A stretch of 64,000 nucleotides of DNA from Eledone cirrhosa (GCA_964016885.1 OZ024757.1:38626001-38690000), one strand, 5' to 3'; positions 44,848-59,475 are shown, counted from the first letter of the stretch. The notes: a model not told the origin generated them from the letters alone. Numbers and translations are program-made.

Positions 44848-45135
44848 GGAGATGAATGTATAATACCAGTTTCTTACCAAATGACAAGAAGCACAATCTA
44901 TTAACCACTTATAGAAGAATACAGAACATATTTTACTTTTAATCAATTAACAACCAAAGAGGTACTTCAAATCATTTTATTTACATCTACATAAGGCTGC
45001 ACAGACATAGCATTTACTTATTTGTATTACATGTATATACTTAAAACAATCTTTGAAAATATATATTCATTTTATTTACTGTATTGACTGTGATTCTTGT
45101 ATTGAATTGAGACTGTAATCATCGAAATCCTGAAA

Positions 45136-45199
45136 TAATATCCCGATGATGCTTTGGTATTATCTGATAACATTGATGTCGAAACACGTGTAGATGTTA
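45136..45199 (+). ncRNA. Minimal type I hammerhead motif, U4>C
   Basis: Stem I TAATATC/GATGTTA; CCGATGA; long imperfect stem II; GAAA; palindromic ACACGTGT stem III; GUA triplet. Confidence 0.55.
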
Positions 45200-45523
45200 A
45201 TACAATAATTCGAAGTACATTTTTGGATGTTATTTGATTTAGAATATATATGTGTGTACATATCAAGAACAAAAAGAGGTTTCACATTGAAGTTCGTATT
45301 GATTAGAATCAGTTTCGAACGTGCTTTTTTGTTATAATAATGGTTTCAGATTTAGGCACAAGGCCATGAAGTTTGAGGAGGGGAAAGTCGATTAAATCGA
45401 CCCCCGTGCTTTGTCTTTTCTCCTTTGGGCGGCGACAAAATAAAGTTAACCTCAGGGTTATTGTGTTCAGAAGTAGGTTTCAGGTTTATATCATCAACTT
45501 TATTCAGATATGACACGCGGTTC

Positions 45524-45801
<278 letters not shown>

Positions 45802-46164
45802 TGTGTTCTGAGATGTGCCTGGTGGTTGACCAAAGTAAAAAAAAAAGGGTACTCAATACATTGGTTAAAATATAGTCATCTGTTTATGTATGAAAATCAT
45901 TTGCAGGGGCTATCATATGAATGAAGCAGTTTTAGTCCTGTATACATTATCTATCTCTTTCTTTCTTTCTTTCTTTCTTTCTCCCCCCCCCTCCCTATTT
46001 TCATTACATTTAAATCAAATCTGCCAGCCTAAGGCCTTCACAGGGATACTCCCTTGACAATGAGTTTTAAACCCGAAAATAGCTAGGAGAATTAAATTTG
46101 CTAAGGTAAAATTATATCGTTATCTAAGCACCTTTAATTTTCTAATGCATCGTATGGCTTTTAA

Positions 46165-46220
<56 letters not shown>

Positions 46221-46488
46221 GAGTGTGTATATATAGGGGTGTTTATATTTAAATACATGTGCATGATTGTCAGTGTCATGCACATGTATTTAAATCGCGC
46301 ATGATGAATGCAACTGTACATACAGTAGTGAGTGCCGAACCAAACCATCTGTTTGTGTTTTTCTCTCAATGTTTGCAAATCATGAAACATGTCCTTCATT
46401 TTTGTTATCTTTTTACGGATAAATTCATAAAATCGGATATATATGTGTGTATATATATATATATGTATAACATTGGACATACATGTGC

Positions 46489-46521
<33 letters not shown>

Positions 46522-46653
46522 GATATATATATATATATATATGTATGTACGTATGGTATGTGTACATATGTATGTATATCTATATATATATATATATATG
46601 TATATATATGTATGTATGTATATGTATGTATATATGGGTGTTTATATGTATGT

Positions 46654-46689
<36 letters not shown>

Positions 46690-46789
46690 GTATGTATATA
46701 TAGGTATTTATATGTATGTATATTTATTTATAAATATATATATATATATATATATAAATTTGTACATGTAGGTATTTATATGTGTATAT

Positions 46790-46834
<45 letters not shown>

Positions 46835-46849
46835 CGTTATATATGCTAA

Positions 46850-46881
<32 letters not shown>

Positions 46882-46906
46882 CGAGAGAGAAAGAACAGCA
46901 ATAATG

Positions 46907-46938
<32 letters not shown>

Positions 46939-47367
46939 TAGCATTGCTACTTGAAATACAAAACCCCCCTCAAAACATTTCAGCCTATTTTGTATACGTA
47001 TGACCCACTTCATATTTATACACTCTTCTCCTCTTCTTGTTCTTGTTATTCTCTTCCCTATACATTTTATGTCATTATTTGAATTGTTTCTATTTTTCCT
47101 TTTGTTTTCTTTTCATATTTGTTCCTCCTTAAATTGTGTATTTATCATTTTGTTCTCACATTCATACTTAATCCCTTTCATATATGTATGTATATATATA
47201 TATATATGAATATATGTATGTATATATATATATATATATGAATATATGTATGTATATATATATATATATATGAATATATGTATGTATATATATATATATA
47301 TATGAATATATGTATGTATATATATATATATATATGAATATATGTATGTATATATATATATATATTA

Positions 47368-47977
47368 TGTCAGGTCACCAGTTGGTGCTACTGGTAACAT
47401 GTATCCCAGTACAACCTGTCCCATGGTCGGGTCGTTGGCGACTAAACTGGCAACCCCACCAAGGTTTCTTGGTGAGGAGGGTGACTTTGGACATCCTGCA
47501 GGACTAAAAACAAGACCTGTCAAAGGGCAAAGGAGCTCTTAAGAGTCAATGGCCATCCAAAATCACCGGGAGAGATGACCCCTTAGCCTTTGTCAAGGCA
47601 GAATTCTAGGAGAAGGAAAACTCTGATATAACACCTGCAACTCTGATGGTATCCAATGATGTTGACTTGTTCTTCTTTTTGGTAAATATCATCTTGGTTA
47701 AGAGAGTGGGACTGGCTTTGTGCAGTGCCTTTGCTCACTATAAAAGCTTCACGGCACAGGCATTGCTTTATATCTGGAGATCTCTCTGCACTTGTCGTCA
47801 CAGGGTACCATGGCCCCAGCACTATGTGTCAATATTTGTCACAAGTGTGGTGTTTGTACCAGAGTTTTCAAGTCGCTGGCTGGACTAAAAGGTCACACTC
47901 GTTCAGTGCATCGGTAGAGGTTCTCCTATATGGATATAAAGTAGTGGCCGTACTCGAAAACGAGTTGGCAGCCACCA
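47368..47977 (+). mobile_element. Internally deleted non-autonomous RTE derivative (5' UTR plus 3' end)
   Basis: 5' part contains GGAGAAGGAAAACTCTGATAT, typical of RTE 5' regions. 47828-47917 encodes [29 protein letters not shown] (C2H2 finger). Ends with CTCGAAAACGAG hairpin, GCAGCCACCA, then (TA)n. Confidence 0.7.
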
Positions 47978-48005
47978 TATATATATATATATATGTAAAT
48001 ATATG

Positions 48006-48055
<50 letters not shown>

Positions 48056-48065
48056 AATATATATG

Positions 48066-48098
<33 letters not shown>

Positions 48099-48111
48099 GT
48101 AAATATATATG

Positions 48112-48144
<33 letters not shown>

Positions 48145-48157
48145 GTAAATATATATG

Positions 48158-48190
<33 letters not shown>

Positions 48191-48203
48191 GTAAATATAT
48201 ATG

Positions 48204-48236
<33 letters not shown>

Positions 48237-48245
48237 ATACATACA

Positions 48246-48530
48246 TGTCAGGCCACCTGTTGGTGCTACTGGTAACATGTATCCCAGTACAACCTGTCTC
48301 ATGGTCGGGTCGTTGGCGACTAAACTGGCAACCCCACCAAGGTTTCTTGGTGAGGAGGGTGACTTTGGACATCCTGCAGGACTAAAAACAAAACCTGCCA
48401 AAAGGCAAAGGAACTCTTAAGAGTCAATGGCCATCCAAAATCACCGAGAGAGATGACCCCTTAGCCTTTGTCAAGGCAGAATTCTAGGAGAAGCAAAACT
48501 CTGATATGACACCTGCAACCCTGATGGTAT
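48246..48530 (+). mobile_element. Second copy of the RTE-derivative 5' region
   Basis: Near-identical to 47368-47652. Confidence 0.85.
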
Positions 48531-48971
48531 ATAGAACATCGGGGTTATATCTATATAGACGGGAGATATTGGCCAAATACTGCTACTGAGAATCGAAATC
48601 TGATTCATTCGAAGTAGCATCAATTTTCAACATTCTGTTGGTCTAAGCTATAATTTATATCTATTCACAATTGTATTATCTATTATCTATTCACAATAAG
48701 ATGTCTACATTTTACTCAGTTTCAAACACAAAGACATACACACATTATATATATATATAAATACATAGATACAGAGAGAGAGAGAGAGAGATAGGTAGGT
48801 GGACATATATATATATATGTAGGTAGATATGTAGACACATTTAGATAGACATATATATATAGATAGGTAGATGTATATATATAGAGACATATATATATAG
48901 ATACGTAGGTAGACACAGATAGACATATATAGATAGGTAGGTGGGTAGACGCAGAGAGATAGTTACATATA

Positions 48972-49019
<48 letters not shown>

Positions 49020-49310
49020 GAGGTTATATTTAATTTGTTGGGATTCAACAAGCTTAAACATTTGTATAACTCATATAAAGCACTCAACATTTCACTATGT
49101 ATATTATACATACTCACTATGTATAATCGTTCTTTCTTCCCTCTTCTCTCTTTCTCCTTCCTTTTCTTTTTTCGCTCTCCCTTACATATCATCTTCTTCC
49201 AACAGTTTAATTTAAATAAACCGTTATCTTTTCAACATTTCGGACACTCATTTGCATACTCACTCATAACTTTGTATTACCCCAAATAAAATAAAATATT
49301 ATCTTCAATA

Positions 49311-49490
49311 TCCAGGAAGCTCCAACCGTTAAGGTTGTTCTTTTCCGGGTATGTCAATATTTATTTATAAAACAAATCTGTATTTTAACTGATGAAAGCG
49401 CACCATAATTTGCCTTGGTTTCCCTTGAAATATATATAATAAAATTATATGGTTTTATAAATATAGTTTCCATTTATTTATATATTGTTT
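49311..49490 (+). mobile_element. PLE-like family P4 copy with hammerhead at 49382-49446
   Basis: ATTTTAA CTGATGA AAG..CTT GAAA TATATA T A ATAAAAT; homologous to 15058-15240. Confidence 0.65.
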
Positions 49491-49504
49491 ATATAAATAT
49501 ATAC

Positions 49505-49572
<68 letters not shown>

Positions 49573-49848
49573 GTATATATATATGTATATATAATGGTTT
49601 CTCCAAGAATGTTTCATTTAAATAGTTTCCCTTGTGTCAAATAATAAATGAAATCATCAATACGGACAATAATGTTTGTTTTCAAAATATAATTTGGAAA
49701 ATAATCCATTTTTGAAATATATATTCACACATATATATATATATTTACATATATATATATATTTACGTGTATGTATGTGTATACATATATATATATATAT
49801 ATTCACATATATATATATGTAAATATATATATATATTTATGTGTATGA

Positions 49849-49899
<51 letters not shown>

Positions 49900-49910
49900 G
49901 TAAATATGTG

Positions 49911-49942
<32 letters not shown>

Positions 49943-50114
49943 CTTAAAATGTGATATTGATCTTTAATATTTGTTGACTGCGCTTTTTTTCTCTGATTAA
50001 ACCGTGGAAAGTCCACAAGATCATCTACAATTAATTAAAATCGTTTAGCTAAGTGGATTCTAGCATTGATATTGAAAACCATAAATATGTCACACAAATG
50101 AGTCATTATCTAAA

Positions 50115-50145
<31 letters not shown>

Positions 50146-50408
50146 TCTCAGATGAAAATGTTGCTGATTACCATAGTATTTTCTCTCAGCTTTGTCTCCG
50201 GCGTTCCATATAAATATATCACCGACGGATCTTTTATTTCATATTATAGTTACACAGTAATTTCAAAGATTTGATTTATTGCCTACATAGAATTTATGAT
50301 ATTATTCAAATATATCAAGCAAAATGTAGAACTCTGTTATGGAATTTCTCCAAATAACTCTCTATTATATTTTGAAAGTGTTGGGAAATCATCAAATAAA
50401 ATATGTCT

Positions 50409-50455
<47 letters not shown>

Positions 50456-50537
50456 GCATGTATGTAGGTATATGTATATATATATATATATATATATGCA
50501 TGTATGTAGGTATATATATATATATGCATGTATGTAG

Positions 50538-50575
<38 letters not shown>

Positions 50576-50754
50576 GCATGTATGTAGGTATATATAATCT
50601 ATGTATGTAGACAGAGAATATAACAGGTCCATTGATAATAACAGGTCCATTGATATATATATATATATATCAATGGACATGTTATATTTATGTAAAGACA
50701 TTTTTTTTACCAACCCGTCCGTCCCCGCAATCTATTTTATTTCTTCTCATTCTT

Positions 50755-50790
50755 TCTTATGATGAAGGACTAGCGTCCGAAACGTTAAGG
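50755..50790 (+). ncRNA. Minimal hammerhead motif, C3>A
   Basis: TCTT ATGATGA A GGAC-TAGC-GTCC GAAA CG T T AAGG. Confidence 0.5.
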
Positions 50791-51925
50791 CCCTCTTCCT
50801 GCTAAATGAAGAGTTAACCTAATATATTCCTTCCATATACTGTACCGATCGTGTTGTTATTTCTTTTTACCTTATATATATATGTTTACAGATAAATTTA
50901 TATATATATATAATTTAAGATCAAAAGATGGTTAAAATAGTTCTATGTAGTTTATTATGCGCATTTCAAAAAAAGATATCATCATGGGATGATATTTGCC
51001 TTCTCATTAGATAAAATAGGGAGACATGATATGAAGCTTAAAACATACTTGCGAGCAGTGAAGTGTTAAATGAACATGTTTAACCATCTTTTTATCTTAT
51101 ATTATTTATACTCCAGTCCTATAAACTGTCGAGTGCTACTTATCCGATATTTGTATTGCTTTATTGTGCTACAATAAAACTCACCTCACACATTATATAT
51201 ATATATATATATAATGTGTGTGTGTGTGTATTTAGCATGTATATATGCATTTTTAGCATATATGTATATGTAAGTATATATAATGGTGTGTGTGTATATA
51301 AAGCTGCAACAAAAATGTATCCCTATATATATATATACACATTTAGAAGGAAAAAGGGGCTGTGGTTTACTTGATAAAAGCAAAGCACAAACAATGGACA
51401 GGCCCCTCTTCAGTTGTCTACTGTGGGTCTCCGACATTTCAACGCATTAAAGACATTATGTCTATCCCCTAAGCTAATTGCCAACATAGAACAAACTGTA
51501 TTGGATCTTCTTTTAACAACTTAGAAATGGTGTAAAAAGGTTTACCACCATACAGCTCCTAAACTGTATTTTTTTCGTTATTCAAAAGACAGTAAATAGA
51601 TAATGAATAATTCAGCTGTTACACGTTGGACGGCATCCTACACATCCAGTTGTCAAGAAAGAAAAACAATTGGTTTTAAAATTATAACATCTTTGAGAAC
51701 CACATTTTTTCATCCCTTGTTAGAAAAAGGAATAGATGCCTTATTATTTTTATGAAAAAGGAGTATTTGGGACTGGAGATTGTTTTTAAGACCACACCTG
51801 GTGTCACAAGCACTTCTGCTTTTTGCTCAAGTATAGAGGAGGGTGGGATATATTGTAGGATTTAACTGTAAACATGTGCCTGTGTATTGTGTGTGTATGT
51901 GTGTACATGCACGTCATTGTGTATG

Positions 51926-51980
<55 letters not shown>

Positions 51981-52178
51981 GAGTATGTTTATACATATAT
52001 ATATATATGTATATGTTTATACATATATATATATTCGTGCATATCATCATCATCATCGTTTTTACGTCCGCTTTTCAATGTTTGCATATATCTATGTATA
52101 TATGTATATATATGTATGTATTTATATTTGTAGATACATATATATGCGTGTGTGTCTATATGCATGTATATATGCATG

Positions 52179-52217
<39 letters not shown>

Positions 52218-53309
52218 TAGCCACGTATTGTTGGGGATTAGCTGGAAATAATTTGACTGCATGAAAATAATTGTATTAAATCAATACCACTTTCATGTCA
52301 ATTACACGGCATCTTCTAGAGTTTCGTTAAAGTTGCTTCATTTCTTCAAGTTGGAGTTCATTTATTTGATCTTAACAATCGTTGTTTTATTCTTATTCCT
52401 ACTATCTTGTTCTTTTTTATTTTCTTGTAATTTATTCTTTTTTTCTCTCCATTTTGATCATTTTATATTAATACGTATTTTTTTTTTTTTTTTCTTTGGT
52501 TGTTGTTTTTCTTTTGTTTTAGTTTGGTTGTTTTTACTCTTCCATTTCACTCTTTGTAGTTCAACGTTTCGTCCTCCCTTCTCTTTTTGATATCTTGTAA
52601 TTATATTGTTAAGAAAATGTGATTATTGCAGCATTGCATCTATTCTTGGATTCCTAACGAGAAGTAGAAAGAAGTATGAACGAATAGCATGTGAACGAAG
52701 GGTTATATAAAATTGCTCTCAATGACCTAAATGTTTTGTTTTTTTGTTACATTTGTGTCTTTTTTTCTGTTATTCTATCTGTTCTCTTTGCGATTTCTAG
52801 TCCTAAATATTTTCAAGAGTCTGTGTTCATAGAATTTATCGTCATGAAGTAGGGTATTGCTTAACCTAATTACTAGTTTGTTGCATTTTATAATAAAATC
52901 AAACCTACTTTGGAACGATAATACTGCCATGTATATATAATTTATTTACATCTAATTTGGATTTCTCAACATGCTAGTTCATGAAATTAATTTGAATGCC
53001 AGCCGCAAAAATAAGGTCTTTAATTGAAGTTTCTTTCTTATTATGAGCAAATGTACAAGAAAGCAACAAAAAGATAACGTGAGTTGAATATGGTGGCTTT
53101 GATAGTTGAAAGAGAGGAAGGAGTGAATACATCACTAAAGTAGCACAAACAAAAGAGCAGCTTATTATTTCCCCCAAGATACAACTGCTAGAAGGTTGTA
53201 AGAAAATTAACGAAAAAACATACATCAAAATAGAAATACAAATGAGATCATGTTTTCCGCCTGTAATATCACGTGATAATCAGTGGTGAGGTGACTCGTA
53301 TCTCCGTAT

Positions 53310-53343
<34 letters not shown>

Positions 53344-53438
53344 GGAAAGAGTCAGGACACCGACGGCTGAGCTCCGACCGTTTCGACAATATTTCGGTGC
53401 GTTATGGCCCGCCTGGTATCTTATACACCTTCTTTGTT
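53344..53438. mobile_element. Family P2 copy, opposite orientation, shortened
   Basis: GACGGCTGAGCTCCGACCGTTTCGAC joined to GGTGCGTTATGG..CCTGG; (TA)n flanks. Confidence 0.7.
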
Positions 53439-54711
53439 ATATATATATAATGTTCCCTCGCAGCCTGACTGTTGTTATTGTGTTCCAAACTAAGGCAAGC
53501 TTATCAAAAACAAAAAGATATTGCACCTTAATACAACACAAACATTATTAGTATGCAATGACTTTAAAATTCGCATAACAATGTTATATAATAACCTGGG
53601 TAAATAACCATATACTTTGAAAATACTTTAATTTTCGTGTCTTTTTTGTTCTGAGAGGTAAACTTCATTATCGAAGATGAGATTTCTTACGCATTCTGAG
53701 CAACCCAATCTGGAGTTTTCAAAGTTATATATATATATATACATATTATTTTCATTACACAAGCAAAATACTTATTACCAGCGATAATTCAGTTGGTCCT
53801 AAATGCATCTTTTTAAAAATTGTTTCCGAATTGCTAACAATCTCCTATAATATATTTAGCTTTAATATGTGGCTAATCGGTTGAGTCATTAGTAAGTCGT
53901 TTAGAATACTTCGGCGTGTGTGTGTTCCAATTTTCCACGCTCTGATTTCAAATTCCAGCGCAGTAAACTTTACAATTCACTCTTTCAAGATAAAGGAGCT
54001 GAAGCACAAGTTGATTACTTCCCTCGTTGATACCTCCACGGTTTTTTTTCTGAATTCCCCACACATACTATCTCTATTTTTGTGTAAGATATCAGCTTTG
54101 TTCAAACATGGAAGATGGATAGACTCTGCCAAGTTTAAATGTCCAAAGCAAAACTATTCGACTAAAGCAACTTCTACAACTCGGTCAGGATTTAAACATC
54201 CGAGTATGCAAAGGTTGATTACTATTCCAGATGTATTTGCAGTTTCGCTGGTTTAACATATCTACTTAACCTGGCTGTATATGATTAATATATCTTCGTT
54301 AAGATCTCTGCTTTCTAAATCTGATCGAAATAGATTCTATTTTAAACATGGATCTGTTGAGGACACGACTTCGTGTCTCTTCGAGAGTATATGAAAATAA
54401 ATCTGTAATCAATTTAATATATATAGTCAGTATATTTGAATATCTTTACGTCATAACCATCTTTACATTTCACACACACATGCGCGCGCGCACGCACACG
54501 CACATACACACACACACACACAGACAGACAGACACACAAATATATATATATACCATCACTCTATTCATGAATATATTGTCATATGTATTGAGGGCAGCAT
54601 TAAAAAGATTTACATAAAAAAGCTTCGTTGTGCTTGCAAAAAGTGTATTTCAATATATATATATTTACGTACAAGCATGTGCAAATGTATAATTACGTAT
54701 ATATATATATA

Positions 54712-54746
<35 letters not shown>

Positions 54747-54969
54747 CAGTTTGTGGATGTATATAAGTATATATATGCGTATGTTTTAAGAAAGATCTTT
54801 TCGGCTACCACTCATTAGATATATTTCATGGCAGACATTTTTAAAGTTTACTCCACAATATAACATAATTTGAAGGGAGGTGAATTTATGTAAATATGAA
54901 AGTATTTGTAAACGAAATGAAAGAAAACTGAACATTAATTTTTCCCCTCTGTCTGTACGTCCGACTCTC

Positions 54970-55014
<45 letters not shown>

Positions 55015-55021
<7 letters not shown>

Positions 55022-55064
55022 GAGAGACGAACGGAACGTGTATATATATATTTTGTGAAAGACG

Positions 55065-55108
<44 letters not shown>

Positions 55109-55180
55109 GAGAGACGAACATTTATATATATATATTGTGAGAGACGAACATTTATATATATATATTGTGAGAGACGAACG

Positions 55181-55182
<2 letters not shown>
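55015..55182. repeat. Composite minisatellite TTGTGAGAGACGAAC-(TA)n, 5 units
   Basis: Direct inspection. Confidence 0.85.
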
Positions 55183-55211
<29 letters not shown>

Positions 55212-55771
55212 GTGTGAGAGAGAGACAGAAGAGAGAGAGAGTTCGTGTGTGTTTAGATATGTATACATTCGTGACTAATGAGTAAGAGTTACATGGAGAC
55301 AGACATTACACTGTAAACCGTTTCATACTACACCAGTGTGTCTCTTTAGCACAGAAAAATCGAATCTAACTTTAATATTTCAGTTATCTCCCCCTACTAA
55401 CGGTACTTTATACATGTTCTTATGACTCTTCCATTGCACTTTATTCATTTTGTTTATAATGCTTGTTTTGGTTCGATTGTTTTCGATTTCCTTTCGACTA
55501 CTTCCATAACTACATTTTTTTTTATAAATCCTGATTAGTGTGTGTTTTTTTCTTTATTATTTCTGGGGCTAGGGGTTCGGTAAGGGAATATTTTGTTTAG
55601 GGAGTCACCTTGTTAAATTGCAAATAGCTTGGTTCATTCACCATGATTTTGCTAATGCAACCCTCTTCTATATTGGCCGACATTTTTGTTCCTCTTGTTG
55701 TTGATGTTGCTACTAAATTCAAATTTCTCTATTCTTTCTTTCTCTCCCCATCTCTTCCTCTCTTTGTCTGT

Positions 55772-55808
<37 letters not shown>

Positions 55809-57237
55809 CTCTTAAATATCATTGGACACTAGTTGTAACATTTTCGCAGGAATCACTTCATGCATGGCCACTGACATTAACTGCATCAATGCACGATCAC
55901 GTGCTGAAGAGAAGATCAAAGCAATGATCACATGACATTCACACACAATCATTGCCCCAACTTTCGTTTTCTAATTTGAAAAAATGTTTGCCTTCTTTCG
56001 GTATTTGTATATTGATTTTTTCAGTTGTTGTTTTTTTGTTGTTGTCCTTTTTCCATTATTATTATTACTTTTTAGTCATACTGTGTAAGTTTTTACTCAA
56101 TTTTGTCTTTCTATTTTTTTATTCGTTCTGACTCTGTTATACACATTTTTGCACATTATTGGCAGATTCAGATATTTTGTTTTTCGCCGTTGTTTGATAT
56201 TTTTCATATCATTGCAACCGGCTACTAGATACTACTGCGCTAGAGGTTCCCTTGAAATAATATTTATGAACAAAAAAAAAAAAAAAAAATAAGAACCCAC
56301 TTATATTTAGAAAATATAGGAGATATTTGGGTAGACGATGATACTGTGACTGATTGTAAAATAACATGGTTATTATTTTGATGATTCACAACAGTCGTTT
56401 TGTTACGCTTTGTATAATATAAAGTTTTCTTCGTCTCCCTCTAACGATATTATGTACTTCCCGTTACAATTGATGTACTTTCCTCCTATTATATTATTTA
56501 TTAGTGAGCTCATTTGAGCTCATTTAAGCTTTCGTTGTGAGATACATTCCAGAAAATCTCCTTCATTAGTAATTGATTCAATCTGTTGGAGCAGTGGTGC
56601 ACTGGCTTAATATTCAAATAAACTTGTGTGTGTGTGTGTATTTCAAATAAAGCAGTTAGATATTGAGAGCGTCATTATATCGTCTCCTCTAATCTCGTTA
56701 ATATTTCAAACATTCTTTTAAAGACGACAGAGATCTGCAGGAAATTCTTGAGTGTAAATACAATATATTACACACAGTTGTCTAATTGAAATTTTCGGTA
56801 AATATTTCCTTTATTAACAATCTCTCGAGGCAATTCAATGCATGTCGGTCTTTTGTTATCGAAATATTGCTTTATACTAAATTAGCTGTTGAAGCTGGAT
56901 TGTACAACTCTAATTAAAGAGTTTCCTGGTTTCAAAAGATGGTAATTTCTGCTAAAATACTTGTTTGTCAAGATTTCAACAAAGGTCTGAAGGACTGAAA
57001 ATGCAGAGTTGTCAATTTTCTCAAAAAGTTCGTTCATTTCTACTGCCCTTCACATCATCTAAGTTTTTTTCTCTCTTCCTCTGTGTGTCTGAAGAAGTAT
57101 TCAGTTATATTAGTTGTAATGATTTAGCACATTAGATTAATAGAATCCATAAGGGAATGGACATACTTGAAATGCGACGTCCTCCACTACACACTCATGT
57201 CCAGTCATGCTACAGTCCCTCTCTCTTTTTCTCTCTG

Positions 57238-57276
<39 letters not shown>

Positions 57277-57416
57277 ATACACCACCCTCGACACCCATAT
57301 CAAGATCTCTTTCTCTCTCTCCATCCCTCTCTCTCTCCTCCACCTCTCTCTCTATACAGAGAGAATTCAGCACGAATGAGAACACGGTATTCATTTAAAA
57401 AAAAGTTTCATTCTCG

Positions 57417-57448
<32 letters not shown>

Positions 57449-57491
57449 CCTCCACCCTCTCTATCTCTTTATCTAAATATTATGCATTTAT

Positions 57492-57549
57492 ACACCTGAT
57501 GATGTCACTTGATTCATAAGTAACCTGACCACTGAAATGTGCATAGTGT
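57492..57549 (+). ncRNA. Minimal type I hammerhead motif, intact boxes
   Basis: ACAC CTGATGA (T GTCA..TGAC CACT) GAAA TGTGCA T A GTGT. Downstream 57638-57682 resembles 5190-5240. Confidence 0.55.
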
Positions 57550-57808
57550 TTGCAGGAATACAACCTGTCCAGCCTCCTATAATACATATATATATACATA
57601 TAGGTAGATCAATCCAAACCAATCCGTGAGTGTGTTTTATTATTATTTCTGGCAATATAACACTATGACCTCCCCAGGTATATATGCTACCAATATACCG
57701 CCAACAATGGTGCTATTATCAATGGTATTGTTTAACAGAATCTAGATAATTCCTTTCTAGACAAACCCAACATTGAACGTTTAGTAAAATACGACTACTA
57801 ATAATAAG

Positions 57809-57989
57809 TGTGTCTACTTTAGGCACAAGGCCAGCAATAACCCAGTGCATTACTGGTACTTTATTTTATCGACCCTGTAAGGATGAAAGGCAAAGTAAAC
57901 CGTGGCGGGATTTGAACTCAGACCGTAAAGGGACGTAACTATGCTGGAAAGCATGGCGTCCGACTCTCTACCGATACTGCCAATCCACC
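57809..57989 (-). mobile_element. Full-length SINE family A
   Basis: Near-identical to 42601-42785. Confidence 0.85.
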
Positions 57990-58539
57990 TCTCCAATCCA
58001 CGACTACTACTAATAATAATAAAGCTATATTTGGTTAGTGCCCTGGATTATCTACCATCTGTGCCCATAGACTTACTGCAGCATTAGTCAACAACTTATT
58101 CCAATATGTAATATAACATGCCATTACATATTCAACATTACATCAATACATTACTTACAATTATACTTCCATTTCGTCTATCACAGATGTTTTTAGACTT
58201 GCATGTAGTTCAAAAAAAACTATCGATTATAGCAGAACGGAAGTCTTACCTTATATATAAGTGTAGTGACATCTCACACTATAAAACGATTCGTTCAACT
58301 ATCGATTGTTGTCTGGGTTCTGATGAATTGTCTTTCTTCGCCAATACTTTTATAGTGGTAAACTACTATTCTTTATGTTCTGATTAAGAGAACGTTCCAT
58401 ATAAATGTCTGTACTTTCTCGTCGTCGTGTAGACGTCATCTTTATACTAACCTCGTATTTTCCTGTTTCAATATCTCCTTAGAATTATCTGACATAGGTT
58501 TTTAATTATATATATGTGTGTGGTGCATATTTTTGCCTA

Positions 58540-59158
58540 TTATATATATATATATATGTGTGTGTGTATATGTGCGTGTGTCTGTGTGTATATGAATGCA
58601 TGTATATATATATATATACACGTATGTGTATATATGTATGTGTATGTATATGTGTGTGTATATGTGTATATATGTATGTGTATGTATATGTGTGTGTATA
58701 TGTGTATATATATATATGTGTATATATATGTATGTGTATATGTGTATATGTATATATGTGTATATATATATGTATATATATGTATGTGTATATGTGTATA
58801 TGTATATATATATGTATATATATGTATGTGTATATATTTATGTATATGTATGTATATATATTTATGTATATGTATGTATATATATTTATGTATATATATG
58901 TATATATATTTATGTATATATATGTATGTATATATATATATATATATATATGTATGCGTGTATGTATGTATATATATATATATGTATGTATGTATGCGTA
59001 TATGTATGTATATATATGTATATATATACATGCGTATATGTATGTATGCGTATAGGTATATATGTATAATTAGATACGTATATATGTATATGCATGTAAG
59101 TACATGCATGTATGTATATGTATGTATGTGTATGTATGTATATGTATATGTATGTATA
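58540..59158. repeat. Compound TA/TG/TATG microsatellite
   Basis: Direct inspection. Confidence 0.9.
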
Positions 59159-59303
59159 TGAAAACATTCAGAACAACTACGGCTGAGCTCCAGCCTTTTC
59201 AACACCCAGATCCGAACCGTGTTCGGATCTCGGGGATCCTGAATTGTTTTCATATTTCATATTACCCACTTCACTACCCTAAGTATCGAGTACTCTGGTG
59301 AGT
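59158..59303 (+). mobile_element. Family P2 divergent copy
   Basis: ACGGCTGAGCTCCAGCC, hairpin AGATCCGAAC-CGT-GTTCGGATCT, tail ATTACCCACTTCACTACCCTAAGTATCGAGTACTCTGGTG. Confidence 0.7.
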
Positions 59304-59364
59304 AATCGTCTTACTGCTATTTACCGCCTCCAATCTGTTATGTGTATACACACACACACACACA

Positions 59365-59475
<111 letters not shown>

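Noticed and set aside
47828-47917. Host C2H2 zinc-finger gene exon
   Set aside because: A single finger immediately followed by a stop and an RTE-type 3' hairpin, inside a repeat.
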